The notes beneath the pieces are model-generated. The model searched no databases, was not told the origin of the DNA, and saw nothing but the letters and a program-made list of their open reading frames with translations. A program made the position numbers and the translations under genes. Shown in pieces: positions 13,792 through 26,497 of a stretch of DNA of 64,000 nt. The stretch's first letter is position 1; each line of letters begins with the position of its first letter. The stretch is taken from contig CM119371.1 in assembly GCA_051294905.1 (NCBI GenBank), positions 23,872,001-23,936,000 of the forward strand. Reading direction: 5' to 3'. This DNA is from Botryllus schlosseri (Eukaryota).

Positions 13792-14198
13792 TGGCGCAGT
13801 TGGTTAAGCGCCAGCGTCACGACACCAATGGTAGTGGTTCGAATCCCGGTTCGGACATCATTACTATGTGTCGGAGGTTCTATGGGCTCCTCATCGCCGA
13901 CCTCACTGCTAAGCAGTGACTTGAAAAGCCCAGCTACAGAGAGCCGAGCTATAATCCGGTAGCAGCAGACACGATGATCAACTGATGAAGCGTGCCTGAA
14001 AGAGACTGAGAGAGTGCAAGAAGAATGAAAAAGTACAGCAAAGATACGATGATAAAGCGAGACTGCATGAGAGAGTGGAAGAACGTCAAAGACCCGAAAA
14101 AATGCATTTCATTGTACTGTCCGTGTAATTGTAATGCCGTGGAGCACAAAGCCTTAACCTGGCTAAAAGCACCACCGTTGTGTCCTATAATAATAATA
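13792..14198 (+). mobile_element. tRNA-derived SINE, family 1
   Basis: A box TGGCGCAGTTGG, B box GGTTCGAATCC, (TAA)n tail, 14-bp TSD ATACCGATTTCGGA; the paralogous intron at ~27715 has the empty site. Confidence 0.9.
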
Positions 14199-14625
14199 AT
14201 ACCGATTTCGGAAGATCTTGAGGAAAACACAGTTTGCTAGAAATGTTGCCAACATTTATTTACGTGGTGTTTGGCATGCGAACCGTGAGCTTCATGTCCG
14301 TGAATATTTTGAGTGAAGTAGCAGTATTTTCTAAATATCTTAGCAGTAATCGTGAGCATTCTTGAGATAGAAACTGCTCCGAAAACTAATTATTCGGCTT
14401 TCACGCTATGCTAAGGTAACATTCTCTAAGCATTCATTCATTACTTGCTACAATTCTTGTCACTAGCGGTGCAAACTGGCTAGGGATCAATTATAATTTT
14501 ACGCACGAGTTGTTGGTGCAATAAAACACTCCGTTCGATCATTATCACTATTCCCGTGCTAAATTTTAAAGACAACACTAGCGCAGCAGCTCCGCCGATC
14601 ACGCTGATAACGAGGGATGGCAGAT

Positions 14626-15415
14626 TATTATATTCTTTATTCACAGTAAAACTGGTAAATACACACATAATCCGGGGAGCAACCTGCCCCCAAAGGAAAA
14701 TGGCGAGATTGGAGTAAATTTTTAAAATTTCAGTAATACATTCAAATTGTTATTCCTATGCAATACATGGAGAAGTCAGATTACAGAATTGCAGCAGATG
14801 AAGAATTGGCTAGGGTTACAGAGCAGAGGTAGAGATGATTGAAGATGAAGAATCGACATTACAGAAATTATGCTGTGATTCACAAGTGTAATTTTAGTGC
14901 AGTGGTGCATTCAAGGCCTTCCGAAGAATGTGCACAGTGCCCAATAATGTGATCTTTTGGATCATGTCGAATCGAACGTTACCCGGAATTTGTTGGATAT
15001 GTCTCAGGAGTTTTTTGCTCACGACCCCTATAGCGCCAATGACTAGCGGTACCATGTTTATTTTGCATCGCCACATTTTCTCACATTCCATTTTGAGGTC
15101 TGCGTATTTGGAGTGTTTTTCTGATTCTTTTTGCAGTAGGTTGTGATCAGCTGGGACAGCCAGTTCAATGAATAAGCATTCTCTTTTCTTTTTAGTTTGA
15201 CGATTATATCCGGGTGGTTGCTCCTGATTTCGCGGTCAGTTATAATAACTATCACATCCCACAGAATTTTTACTTGTTCGTTTTCTGTCACTGGTGCTGG
15301 GCTGTAATCGTACCAATTTTTTGTCGAAGTGGTGATGTTAAAATGTTTGCATAATTCAATATGAATGTAGTGACCAATCCTATTGTGTCTCCATGTGTAT
15401 TTGGTAGCTGCAAGT
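14626..15415 (-). mobile_element. 5'-truncated R4/Dong-clade (restriction-like endonuclease) LINE copy
   Basis: Nearly identical to 62470-63259; ENEQVKILWD...TDREIRSNHPDIIV motif, frameshifted; 3' end GTGAATAAAGAATATAATAA. Confidence 0.9.
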
Positions 15416-15482
15416 TATTAATATTATGTTCAAAAACAATTTTAGTGACGCATATAACAACGATGGTCTTTTGCGTCACGAC

Positions 15483-16310
15483 TTAACAGTTGCTAATCGA
15501 ATCGAAACAGTTGCAAATCGAATCAATATTGTGATGAGTAAAGACAGTCAACCAAACATTTAATACTGTCTCTTTGTCTTCGCTATGAATTCCCATGGCT
15601 GAGGTAATATATAATCGGGTAGTTAATATATTTTCCATGGTGAAGGGTACTCTCAAGTCCAGTACGGCAGCTCTAAACTGGCATCTTTCGTTGGTGTACT
15701 TCGCACACTCTATAATAACGTGCTCTGCAGTTTCTTCAACATGGAATGTGGTACAATGAGGGGTATCGGAGCATCCAATTTTGCTAAGATGGGAAATGAT
15801 ACGACAGTGACCGGTCCGCAATCTGAAAATGGTGATTTCGGCCTCGCGTGGCTTAGTTATAGTTGGTAGTTTCGTGTATATGTCGGAGCAGAACTGCTTG
15901 AAATGTGCTCCAGCGTCTGTTTCGATGAAATGTTGGTTCCAGTCTCGCCCACAGGGATTTAAAATCATTGAGTTGGCTTCGCTAGAAGTATAATCTATAC
16001 TTTGGTCAGCGAAGTCATGGGCCGCAGCCTCTTTAGCAAGTCGGTCAGCGACTTCATTCCTATTAATACCACAGTGTCCTGGAATCCATATAAAAGAAAC
16101 ATCTCTATGGCTTTCATGTAAGAGATGGTGAGTCAGTTCTAACATTGGATTGGTAATATAGTTATTTTCACCAAGATGGTTTTTTAACGACAGCAATGCA
16201 CTTAAAGAGTCGCTCAGAATAGTCACTCGTTCGATGGAATTTTCTAAAATCCATACCAATGCATCGAATATTGCTCTCAGCTCAAATGACAGAATTGATA
16301 GGAGTTTCAA
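15483..16310 (-). pseudogene. LINE ORF2 RNase H / C-terminal fragment
   Basis: ELRAI..A, SDSLSAL, WIPGHCGINRNEVADRLAK, RLRTGH, ETAEHVIIEC. Confidence 0.88.
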
Positions 16311-16323
16311 ACATGCTTTTGAC

Positions 16324-18397
16324 CAGGGCTTTGGAGCAGCCGTAAATTTGCATTACTCCAGCTCCGGCTCCGGAGCTTTATTCCATAATACATTAGCTCC
16401 GGCTCCAGCTTCGGAGCCGCATTATTACCACTGCTCCGGCTCCAGTTCCAGCTCCGGCTCTGAAAACTATCGAAGGTGTCTATATCAGGGGTGGGCAACC
16501 CGCGGGCTGCGGGCCATATGTGGCCCGCGAGAAGGTTTTGAGTAGCCCGTGAGCTAATTCTCCACTATATTATCAAAATTCTGTTATATTATCGAAATTG
16601 AATTGCTCAGATTGTGAGCTTGCAAGGCCAACCAAAAATATGATTAGTCTGGCCGCAACACTTGGGATGTTGATGGCTAAATATCAGTTTCGACGCATTG
16701 GCAGATCTAGGGTCCAGTCACATTTTTACTAAATCGTCGTACATTACAATAAACTAAAATAGTAGTAAAATTTTACTTAACGCTTCGCGTGTTTAATTGT
16801 CACACGATTTCTTTCTTGGTAGCCTACCCCCACCTGAAAATGAACAAACGCCGGATTTAGCCGATTGAGTCTAACTATATTCGTAATTGCGAGAGAAAGT
16901 ATTTTCGCGTTTGTGCTCGCAGAAAGATCGTCGGCGATGAAATGTAGACACAAAATGATTGTCGTATATTAGCGGACATTTTCGATATCGATATGTCCAG
17001 ATGCTGAATAGTCCTGTCCTTGCAAACTGAGCCCAGCGGGCGGTATTCAGTCGACCCGCAATATACCCAAGTAATAACAATAATACCTTTGAAAATTTTA
17101 CGCGCCTGGCGCGGACATAATGAATACTTGTCAATTGTCGATAACATCAGAGTTGCACTAGAACGCACTTTACTCCGTGCCATTGCTGTGTACAGCATTA
17201 AAATTCTGATGCGGCGTTTTAACACTGGCACTGTACTCGTTAACATTGAGCCATACAGCTCAATTCAATTTTTAAATGCGCGATTATTATTCAACTGTAA
17301 CTGTAGTAAGAGCAATATGGGTGGATATAACGACGTGATCAATAGAAATTCGATTTGTACCTAATGGCCAATGGTTTGACGTTCGATATTGGTGCACTCG
17401 TTACCAGTCCATCCGCTGTCGATCAAGTCTATCTGAATATAATATTTTTCGGTAGAAACAAATCGAGTAATCGAATTAAACACTGTTCCCTGCACAATGC
17501 GCCATGCCCATAACGAATTAAACTATGTAGTATGCACATTGCACATTTACAAGTCACAGTGCGCGATAATCCTGGAATACTGGAGTATCAAGCAGACTTC
17601 AAGAATGAATTAACGAAACAGATGATTACAAATTGGAAATCGTGTATCAAATCAGTAATTTGTCTCCAACATAAAATACCATGGGGCTTTGGGCTACTCT
17701 TCTGCCATCCCCTATTTACGTTCGAAAATCCTTACTGGCGTGAATGACGATGATGCGCAGTAATGAATTCCAATTGAGATGCATAATTGCATAGGCCTAC
17801 TCAATAAAACTGAACAATTTTGCGGCCCGATTAAAGAACTATCACAAAAGAATGAGTATTTGCTCATCCGATTCATGGCAACGATGAGATGGAATTTCTC
17901 GGCGCGTGCTCGTCAGATCGACATGTGCAACGAAATCACGTTTTTATCCTCTCTCCCATTTCGCGCAATGCATAGTGATCATTATTTTCGAATCGTACAA
18001 TTGGCCAACAAGGTTGATGAAATTGCGGGTATGCCGAACACCCACAATATTCACAGGCGTATTTCGTATACCGAGGTTCGGCACTCATGTGTGAAAATTG
18101 AACATTGAACATATGACTGCTCTGCTGTTAAATCCCCAGGAACATGGTTAGTCGGAAAAGGTAGCGCCAAAGAGGAGAAGATTCTTAATTTCGCGAAGGC
18201 CTGCTGTTGAATTAAGTGAACTCAGCAGATATGGTTGTTGCGTAGATAATAGCATCTTATGAAATACGTTGGATCCGGAGCTACCCCTCAAATAACTGGC
18301 TCCAGCTCCGGCTCGGCTGAATTGTATGTAGAGATCCGGCTCCTGCTCCAGCTCCGGTAAAAATGCACGGCTGCGGGGCTCCGGCTCCAAAGCCCTG
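16324..18397. mobile_element. hAT-type non-autonomous element with GGAGCC/GCTCCG subterminal repeats, inserted in the LINE RNase H
   Basis: TIRs CAGGGCTTTGGAGC / GCTCCAAAGCCCTG; TSD CTTTTGAC/CTTTTGAT; contains the left end of a CAGGGGTGGGCAAC MITE at 16486; a related copy lies at ~45028-49237. Confidence 0.88.
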
Positions 18398-18947
18398 CTT
18401 TTGATGTTCTTGTATTGCGATCGGGGATGTAGAAGGAGCACCCAGCACCATTGATGTTTTTAGATCCATCGGTATAAATTAGCATTCTGTTCGGGTATTG
18501 CTCAAAAATATGATCTCTGAATACAGGATCATCAATGTGAGGTTGGGGGTCGCGTCCGAGGGCTGTTTGCAATGATGTATCAATCATAGCGCATTTCAAT
18601 AACCAAGAGCATATAGTAAGAGGATGGTTACCTCTGATTTTCAAATGATCCAATATTTGAAGTCGGGATAAGATATTGAAAGACACAAATCGGTATGAAA
18701 GTAGATTGTGAATTTCCTCCCATGAACCCTCCAATAAACTACGTGCTGGGTTCGATTGTCGAGTTCTGATCTTGGAACGGTACTTGAGACAAAGATATTG
18801 GTGCCTGAGAAAGAGGGGCATGTCGTTACACGAGGCCTCTAGTACGCATATAGGGGTGCTGGACATGGCACGGCAAGAAAGTCTGAGAGCTTGATTGCGG
18901 ATTGCAATTATTTTCATGAGGTGTGATTTCGGTGCGAAGAAGTACGC

Positions 18948-19895
18948 TTACATGCCATACTCTATGATTGATCTCATCAGGCTCCTATACAGGATTAATA
19001 CCGTTCGAGTGGATGCACCCCAAGATGTGCCGGATACCATTTTGAGTAAATTCATGCGCTTCGCGCATTTGGATGCAACGTTAGATGCGTGTATCTTATA
19101 GTTGAGTCTTTTGTCAAACGTGACACCTAAATATTTGAAGGATTCCACATACCTCAGCTGATGACTTCCTAGTTTGATTACAGGTTGTACATGATTTCGC
19201 TTTTTCGTGAAAACCATTGCTACGGTTTCCTCGTCCGACACCATAAAACCCCACTTTACACACCATCGATGGATCTGGTCAAGGGATGACTGAATGTTTT
19301 GAGCAAGTTCGTCAATAGCAAGACCGGTCTTCCAAATGGCACAATCGTCCGCATAGAGTCCCATATCTGACTCGATAACTGTCGGGAGGTCATTTATCAT
19401 AATGCTGAATAACAAAGGGCTAAGCACACTCCCCTGTGGAATACCATTTTCTGTGATGAAAATGTCAGATAAAGTTGTGCCGATTCGGACTTGGAAAGTA
19501 CGGTCGTTTATGAAATGGTTGATCCAAGAAAGACTAGGCGCCGAAATACCCATTTCCCGTAATTTATAGATGCCAGCAGCCCTCCACACCATGTCATATG
19601 CTCTCTCGATGTCTAGGAAGACAGCTAAAACCGATCTTCTATTATGGATAGCTTTGTAGGTGGCATCGTGTAATCGGAGCACATGATCAAGGGCCCGCCG
19701 ACCCCGACGAAAGCCACTTTGATCTGAGTGGAGTAAGCCGTGCTTTTCTAGGTACCAAGAGGAATTGGGAATTGGAATAACGATGGAGTGCTTCCAGCTG
19801 CGAGGAACAGCGCCATTGCACCATGAGTAATTTATCACCGAAAGCATACTGAGTAGGGCATCTGGCGGGAAGTTTTTAAACATATGGAATAGCAA
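18948..19895 (-). pseudogene. LINE ORF2 reverse transcriptase domain fragment
   Basis: RT motifs listed above; flanked by frameshifted continuations 18406-18917 and 19876-20848. Confidence 0.9.
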
Positions 19896-21006
19896 AGAGT
19901 GTCATGTCCTGGGACGTGTCTTTTTTCGAGTTCAGTGCTTTCGCAAGCTCTGCAATCGTGTAAGGATTGTTCAGGAAAGTATCGTTCCTATGGTTTCCCA
20001 CTTCTATGTGGAGTGAAGCTCTCAGGTTCAACCTATGACGGTATTTCAAAGAGCTGCTACAACGGTTGAATGTCTTCGGTAGAACTTGTGCTTTTCCCCT
20101 TTTATCAGTAATATAGTTTCTTTCAACTTTCAAAGATGCCACCGAACTATTAGAAAGATTGCCCGAAATAGAACGGACGACACTCCACACTTTCTATAAA
20201 TTTCCCATGGGGCCAAGTGTTTCACAAAAGGATCTCCATGATTCACGTTTTGCTGTTAGTGTATCACTCGTCTGCGATGTCTTGCGTATCAAACGTTTGC
20301 CTCATTTTCAAAAACGATGCCTTCTTCCTTCTCACTGCCCTGGCGCAATCGTCGTTCCACCATGGTACTGATGACCGACTGTGACTTCTCTTGATTGGAA
20401 CGGACAGGCTGGCTGCACATAATACATCGCTAGTGAATTTCACGACCATAGCGTCTCTGCTGTTTCCGAGATTTGGCAACTCGGGTTGATCAATCATCTG
20501 GCGAAAACTTGCGCAATCTGCCTTCGAAAGGGCCCACGTAAGCGGACGTTTGTTAGAGCGGGGTATTTTAGCCATTAAAGATGTTAGTATGATAAAATGA
20601 TCCCTGCCTAATTTGGAGTTTGTCACGTTGGTAGAGCACGAGTGTGCGATATCTGCCGATGCCAGTGACAAATCGATGAGCGAGGCCCTGCTCACTGCGT
20701 TGTATGCAGTATTGATGCCAGTTGGACTCGTTGCGCTGAGGGTTACCAATTCATGCCGGTTTATTGAATCATACAACATGTTCACTTCGATGCACAGCGT
20801 ATCTGTACCACCACCGGGTGACTGAATATCGAGAATTCGATAAGACAATTGCTTACTAATTAGAATGGCTAGCCCACCACTGCGTAGAGTTTTATCCTTC
20901 CTTTCAATATTGTACCCTTTAATTTGGGAACATATTTATCAATAAGGTAAATAACATAATATCAGTAGGCCTATGGAGTTGTTCTCTAAAGTTCTTCAGT
21001 TCAGGC

Positions 21007-21285
21007 TGTTATGTTCGTGCATTTTACGTTCAGTGTTGTTCAACTTCTAATTTCTATAGGACTAGTAATTACCGCCAATCATTATTTCCTCGTGTGTCGT
21101 GCTTGTATTTATACCTTTTGTTGTGTTGTCTACTCGTCTTTTCGTTTAAATGCACTCTGGATCGTGTCGCCTGTATTAAAGTTATTCTGCTGATAATATA
21201 CTGCTTTCATATTGCAACCTTGTCGTGTCGTGCAACCTTGTCGTGTCGTATGAGTTATTGTTCAAACAAGATCAAGAACATAACA
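21007..21285 (+). mobile_element. Solo LTR related to the Gypsy element at 56211-60934
   Basis: TGTTATGTTC...GAACATAACA termini; collinear with, but diverged from, the reverse complement of 56211-56467; 5-bp TSD CAGGC/CAGGT; interrupts the LINE APE frame. Confidence 0.9.
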
Positions 21286-22731
21286 CAGGTAACTTCCTAT
21301 ATATTCCTCGGCAGTTCCATTGCAGTATAAGAACACCAGCGTTCTCATATATTTTGTGGAACTGCGCTCAAGAGGTTTTTCAGAGATTCAGGGTCGAAAG
21401 AAAAGCTTAGCCACTTCTGAGCCGGGAAGGTAATCAATGACGGAAGATCGATATCATCGCTTGATCGACATGTTTTTGCTGAGGTTCACAATTTCGCATA
21501 TGAATGCGAAGAATAGTAACGGATGTGTAGAAGACATCATAGAGAGAATTGACAAGTCATGGTCTGATTCGACGGGGTATTGGCGGCCTCGGTGGCCTCA
21601 TTTACATAAGAAGAGGTCTCCAATGAGGATAAGTCCGAATCATTTGGAAGGGGTTGTCGCGGTGGACTGATTTTTGCCGAAGTTGACTTTGCCAGCAGAG
21701 GCATTCTGACGTGGGTGTACAGCCTGACTATAAGTTTCCTCTGACGTTGGTGTACAGCCTGACTGTAAGTTTTTCCGCCGGGAGTTGGCTACAATTGTGT
21801 AGGCTATGTGACGTTTCTGGTACTTTCGCTTTAGCATCTACAGACGATAGACTCTCTCGTTCTCGAATTATTTGTATTTTGGCTTCCCTCTTATACACTG
21901 GGCAGTGGGCACCCACCGTAGGCTGCATACACTGGGCACTAGGGTTGTCCATAATTTGCAAAATCTCAAAAAAGATGCGTATCCATGTCTCATTCTGTAG
22001 ATTATTGATAAAAAAAACATCAATGAACCTGCAATAAGCTCAATAGGAAAGTCGTTAACATTTGTCTAAATGCGTTTGAAAGTAGGTGCCGTAGAGTGGG
22101 CGTGTTAGCGACCATAGAACGGCGAGAAGACTAGTAATCACGAAATCACCTCTCTTGATTGGTTAATCAGCTATGCTTGAATGGTCACGACCACAGCGGC
22201 TTGCTGATTATGTGCTTATACTAGTTCAAGAAGTTCGCTAACGGCAATGATTCCGTAAGCGCATTGTACGCTGGTGATTTAATAATAAAATGAGACATCT
22301 GGTCATTGCATGTTTTAGTGTTAAAACTAGGTACCGATAGCTTTAGTGCAACAATAACCTATTGCAGGCGTGACAGAGGTGAAACAGCGAATGAATGTGA
22401 ACTTATAGAAGTAAGTATAGATACCAGAAATAGCCTACATATCTGATATGCTTGAGATTACACCAAGTGGTTCTGTTTTTTTGGGTGCAGGTAAGGTATA
22501 TTAGACATCGCCAAACTGGTGCCGCATACCATGTGATATGGATTCTGGACACAATCCTGTATGCTCAGAAGATATGTGAGCCGAACAGGCAGCTTACATT
22601 GGATTTCCGAAGAAGAGTGTAACTACCACGCCGCTTCAATACATCATTTTTATCTCCATGTCTGGTTTGATTCAATCATTAGTCGAGATGCAGCCGGCAA
22701 TGATCTAAGATTCATTAAGGACATGCTAAGC

Positions 22732-23825
22732 CAGGGGTGGGCAAACTTTTCAGCTCGCGGGCCGCATTCAACACCTGAATTCATTCGCGGGCCGCACTAT
22801 ATAAAATTGGGATTATAAACCAAAACGCAATAATGATATTTGATTATATAGTGAGGACATGGAGATAATAGATGTGCTTATTTAAAACAAGACAAACATT
22901 GCTTTGATGATATCGTACACGCGTCAGAAACATATAGTGGCGAGATTACATAAGCTGGCGGACCTCAATAACCAATTTGTCAAAACTATAGTGATGAAAG
23001 TCGGTTGGCCCGATTCATAGAGCAGGATTGAAATTTAAATCTGTGAGCAGCGATCTGTTCATAGATTTACTAATTCCCCTTTTGTTTCAGTTCCAGGACA
23101 CTCATTGCTGACAGCATCATAACCATATTAGCTTCGAACACGCTTCTACTATGTGTAGATAAAATATACATACCCCCATTGCAGACATCGCATACAGACA
23201 ACGAATCTACCTAAGACACGCCCGAATGGAGTGGCCAATCTGAAATCCCACTGGTGGTTCAAATTATGTCAATCTCGTCGCAGCTATCCCGCTGTGATAT
23301 TTAGTAGCCTATATTTACCTTAGATCAGTGGTTCTCAAACTTTTGAAGACATGCCCCCCTCCTTATGATGGTGAAAGATTTCGCGCACCCTTATCGTCCT
23401 ATAACAAAACGCAACCAGGATGCTAGCAAACCTAGCTGGTAGTTTGATGACATCGAAGGTTATGAATGTGGATGAGAGATTTTCAAATATGTAATTCAGA
23501 CTAAATACAGAGCAATAACTATAAACTGGATGTAAATTCCGCCGAGCGCGAAATTTTTTTTTTGGTTGAGCTCATCTTCGTGTCCCCCATCAGATGTTTT
23601 CACGCCCTCAAGGGAGGAGCCAAACCAGTTTGAGAACTACTGTCTTAGAATTATCATGGTAATATATACTAAGAAAAAGTTAATCAAGTCCCTACATTAA
23701 TTCGATTTTTGGTACACATATTATTAATTTAATATTTTTAAAAAGTTTCGTTAAACTCTCGCGGGCCGCACAGAACGGTGTTGCGGGCCGCATGCGGCCC
23801 GCGTGCCGTAGTTTGCCCACCCCTG
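22732..23825. mobile_element. hAT MITE (nested)
   Basis: TIRs CAGGGGTGGGCAAACT / AGTTTGCCCACCCCTG; perfect TSD TGCTAAGC; GCGGGCCGC subterminal motifs. Confidence 0.92.
23326..23642. mobile_element. hAT MITE (innermost nested)
   Basis: TIRs CAGTGGTTCTCAAACT / AGTTTGAGAACTACTG; TSD CCTTAGAT/TCTTAGAA. Confidence 0.8.
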
Positions 23826-24807
23826 TGCTAAGCAATGCAAGCAAACTGTCATTTTGCTGGTCCTACCAGCATAGTCTGTGCTCATCTTTAGACCTCTTTT
23901 CGCGGCATCATTGAGGACTTTGACAGCACTTGCGGGTATGATTCATTATGCTGCAATAATCTGACTAGTGTCGAGCATAAATGACAGATTCATCCAGCCC
24001 TTACAGCATTCAAGACTTCAATTATATACCACGACAAGAGCCTAATAAGATCAGACAAAGTAGTGTCAATGTCAAGCTTTCTATTTGTATTCAATGATGG
24101 TACATCCCCTCAAAAACTGGAAATTCGTTTGCCACTTGCATAAACGCCTTTGCAATATTTTTCCGCTTGTTTTTGTGCTTTCCATCAATGAAATCAAGGC
24201 ATACAGGCTACAACGGTTACCTTCACAATAAGCCATCATGTCATGTAATTAAAGATATTGTGAAGCAGCTGTTCTTTGTTCATCATGTGTTTCGTTACTC
24301 AACATGTTCTGAATTAATCCTAAATCATGATTAGCGGACCAACCTACAATGCGCTTACAGACTCACCGCCGTTAGCCGATTCCTTGACCAGCTGATCAAC
24401 AAGCCGCCAATGTCGTGATCATTGAAGCGTAGCAGATTAGCCAATCAAACGCCGTGATTTCGTGATTACTAGTCTGCTTGCCGTTCTATGGTCGCTGACA
24501 CGCCCACTCTACGGCAGCTACTTTCAAACGCATTTAGACAAATGTTAACGACTTTCCCGTGAGGTTCTTGTAGGTTCATTGACGTTTTTTTAACTATAAT
24601 CTATAGAATGAGACATGGATACGCATAAATTTTGAGATTTTCTAAATTATGGACAACCCTACTGGGCACCCACCGTAGGCTGCGCTATGTGGCATTTTGC
24701 AATCGACACATCTCTTCTCCTGATTGCACTGATGATGCTCATGGAGCACGTTTTTCTTCCACCGCAATTTGCCGTCGTGTGACCGAATCGATTGCATCGG
24801 TGGCACC

Positions 24808-25461
24808 TCAATGGGGAGGATTGTAGGGATTGGTCTTGAATCGAAGGTATCCTATATACAACTCATCTGGAGGTGTTGGAACATCAAACCCGAGCAGCAT
24901 TGACAAACTAGCAACATAGCCATCAGTTGACTTGCGTGTTAGCCGTTTAGCAAAGCACACGTGTGATTCGCTGATGAATTCAACAACTTCGTATTCTGAC
25001 ATGTCAGCTGGCACACCTCGGATAACGGCCCTAGACGCATGCTGATGCAGTTTACTCTCATCGTAACATCCCGTATTAACTGGAATTGACACTACTCCGT
25101 CCGTAAACATATCTAGAGATAGTAGCTCATCGGCCTGCGTGCGATTGTGGCAGGTGACGAGTAAGTCTCCCGACGGGAAGACACGGTAACCTTCATAATT
25201 ACCAAACACTGCGTGTAAGCACTTGTTCACTGTGGTAGGATGATAATGTTTCATCCTCCTATCTTTATCCTTTACAACTATTTTCAAATTTCCGGAGCGA
25301 GCTGAATCAGCTGAGCGGCCAGAATAGTCTGCATCAGACTTATTATTCATTGCTTTCAATGGCGGACTATCACCATCCGACTCGCTTTGTGAACCCCTTT
25401 TACTGCGTTTTGATGTGACAACAGTAAATTCCATGTCATCGTTACCAACCTCCGCTTCCAT
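24808..25461 (-). pseudogene. LINE ORF1 (gag-like) N-terminal part
   Basis: SGDLLV, AVIRGVP and LYIGYLRF..PYNP motifs typical of I/Nimb ORF1; frameshift before the Zn knuckles. Confidence 0.8.
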
Positions 25462-25619
25462 CAGGCGGGATGGTGGCTTATACAGCTAATAACTTCTCAC
25501 TACACGTAATACTATCCGAGGACCGCTAGAGAATTACTATAAGTAAGCCTTAACACCAGAAAACCGAAACCTCGTAACAAGCTCTCGACACTGATTGCAG
25601 GATGACCTGCTCAATCTAG

Positions 25620-25656
25620 ACACGTCCGCACACCTCGGCGGTCAGACGCGAATCTG
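25620..25656 (-). promoter_or_regulatory. Putative internal Pol II promoter (Inr + DPE-like) at the LINE 5' end
   Basis: Minus strand begins CAGATTCGCG... with GGACGTG at element positions 30-36, the layout known from I/jockey-group LINE internal promoters. Confidence 0.5.
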
Positions 25657-25795
25657 GGATGACAGATAATATGATGTATATTCAATATACAGGGATGGCA
25701 GATGATATGATGTAAATTCAATTTACAGGGATGACAGATGATATGATGTAAATTCAATTTACAGGGATGGCAGATGATATGATGTAAATTCAACA
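25656..25795. repeat. 36-bp minisatellite, ~4 copies
   Basis: Unit GGGATGRCAGATGATATGATGTAAATTCAATTTACA. Confidence 0.9.
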
Positions 25796-26350
25796 GAACA
25801 TATGCAAATGCAACTACCATTACTTTTGACAAATATACATCACTTTACTCTGAGTTAATTTCTCGATTCGCGCTGCTAAGAAAACCAAAGTGACTTATCT
25901 GAAAAGTAGTGTTTTGATGTGTGCGTATATTGCCAGTTTTGGTACGCTCGACGAATCGACTTTGATCTGCGATATTGCTACAGCAGTCGGCCATTCTGCT
26001 GCAAGCGAATTCGCCTTGTAACCTCTTTGTTAATTCTATATAATATTTATCTAAATAATATGCTTATGGCGTGGGAGAACAGGGTGAAGTGGTGCATGCG
26101 TTCGTCACAACAGCCTTTAGCGATCCCCAAATACCAAAGTATTTTAAAAACATCGCATGTATATTCGAGAATCAAAATTTCATTAAACACCGGAATTTCG
26201 CTGCTAATTCCAGCTTCGAATTAGGCAGGTCGAGGCGCAAATATAGTAAGACACCGGATTGACTACTTCCTATTTGACTAAATTGCTCAATCTGATGAGT
26301 AAATCTTAGACGTAAATCGTAATCGCAATGACATCGCTACGTGGATTGTT

Positions 26351-26424
26351 AATTCCTGATAAGCAACCTTTCCTAAACAAACGATTAAATTCCTGATAAG
26401 CAACCTTTCCTAAACAAACGATTA
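26351..26424. repeat. 37-bp perfect tandem duplication (also a short duplication at ~26744-26785 and an imperfect ~120-bp duplication at ~27455-27700)
   Basis: AATTCCTGATAAGCAACCTTTCCTAAACAAACGATTA x2. Confidence 0.85.
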
Positions 26425-26497
26425 AATAAACAATAATCCACTTTACAGTATATAGTTGCAAAGTAATCGATAATGGAAAAGAATGCTTATTTTATAG

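Larger units (their letters stand above)
21940..24661. mobile_element. Non-autonomous hAT-like element with long (~270 bp) imperfect inverted arms, inserted in LINE ORF1
   Basis: TIRs TAGGGTTGTCCATAATTT / AAATTATGGACAACCCTA; perfect TSD CTGGGCAC. Confidence 0.9.
15416..25656 (-). mobile_element. Full-length but decayed I-group (Nimb/I-like) LINE, ~5.1 kb after removing nested insertions
   Basis: ORF1 at 25461 toward ~21450 with CCHC knuckles (RCHRCNRFGH, CVDCKMPH..C); ORF2 has APE (ILQWNCRG ~21320, DLSL, DHF), RT (QSGFRRGR, FLDIERAYD, GIPQGSVLSP, YADD, KYLG) and RNase H (YTDGSK, SDSLSAL, WIPGHCG..NEVAD) plus a C-terminal C..H..C; many frameshifts. Confidence 0.92.

Noticed and set aside
13792..13860. 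Possible tRNA gene (A and B boxes)
   Set aside because: No proper cloverleaf or terminator; it continues into a SINE body with tail and TSD.
25656..25795. 36-bp repeats resembling a CRISPR repeat length; ORF 25611..25832 with (LNLHHIICHPCK)n
   Set aside because: Units are head-to-tail with no spacers, there are no cas genes and the context is eukaryotic. It is a minisatellite and the ORF is a by-product.
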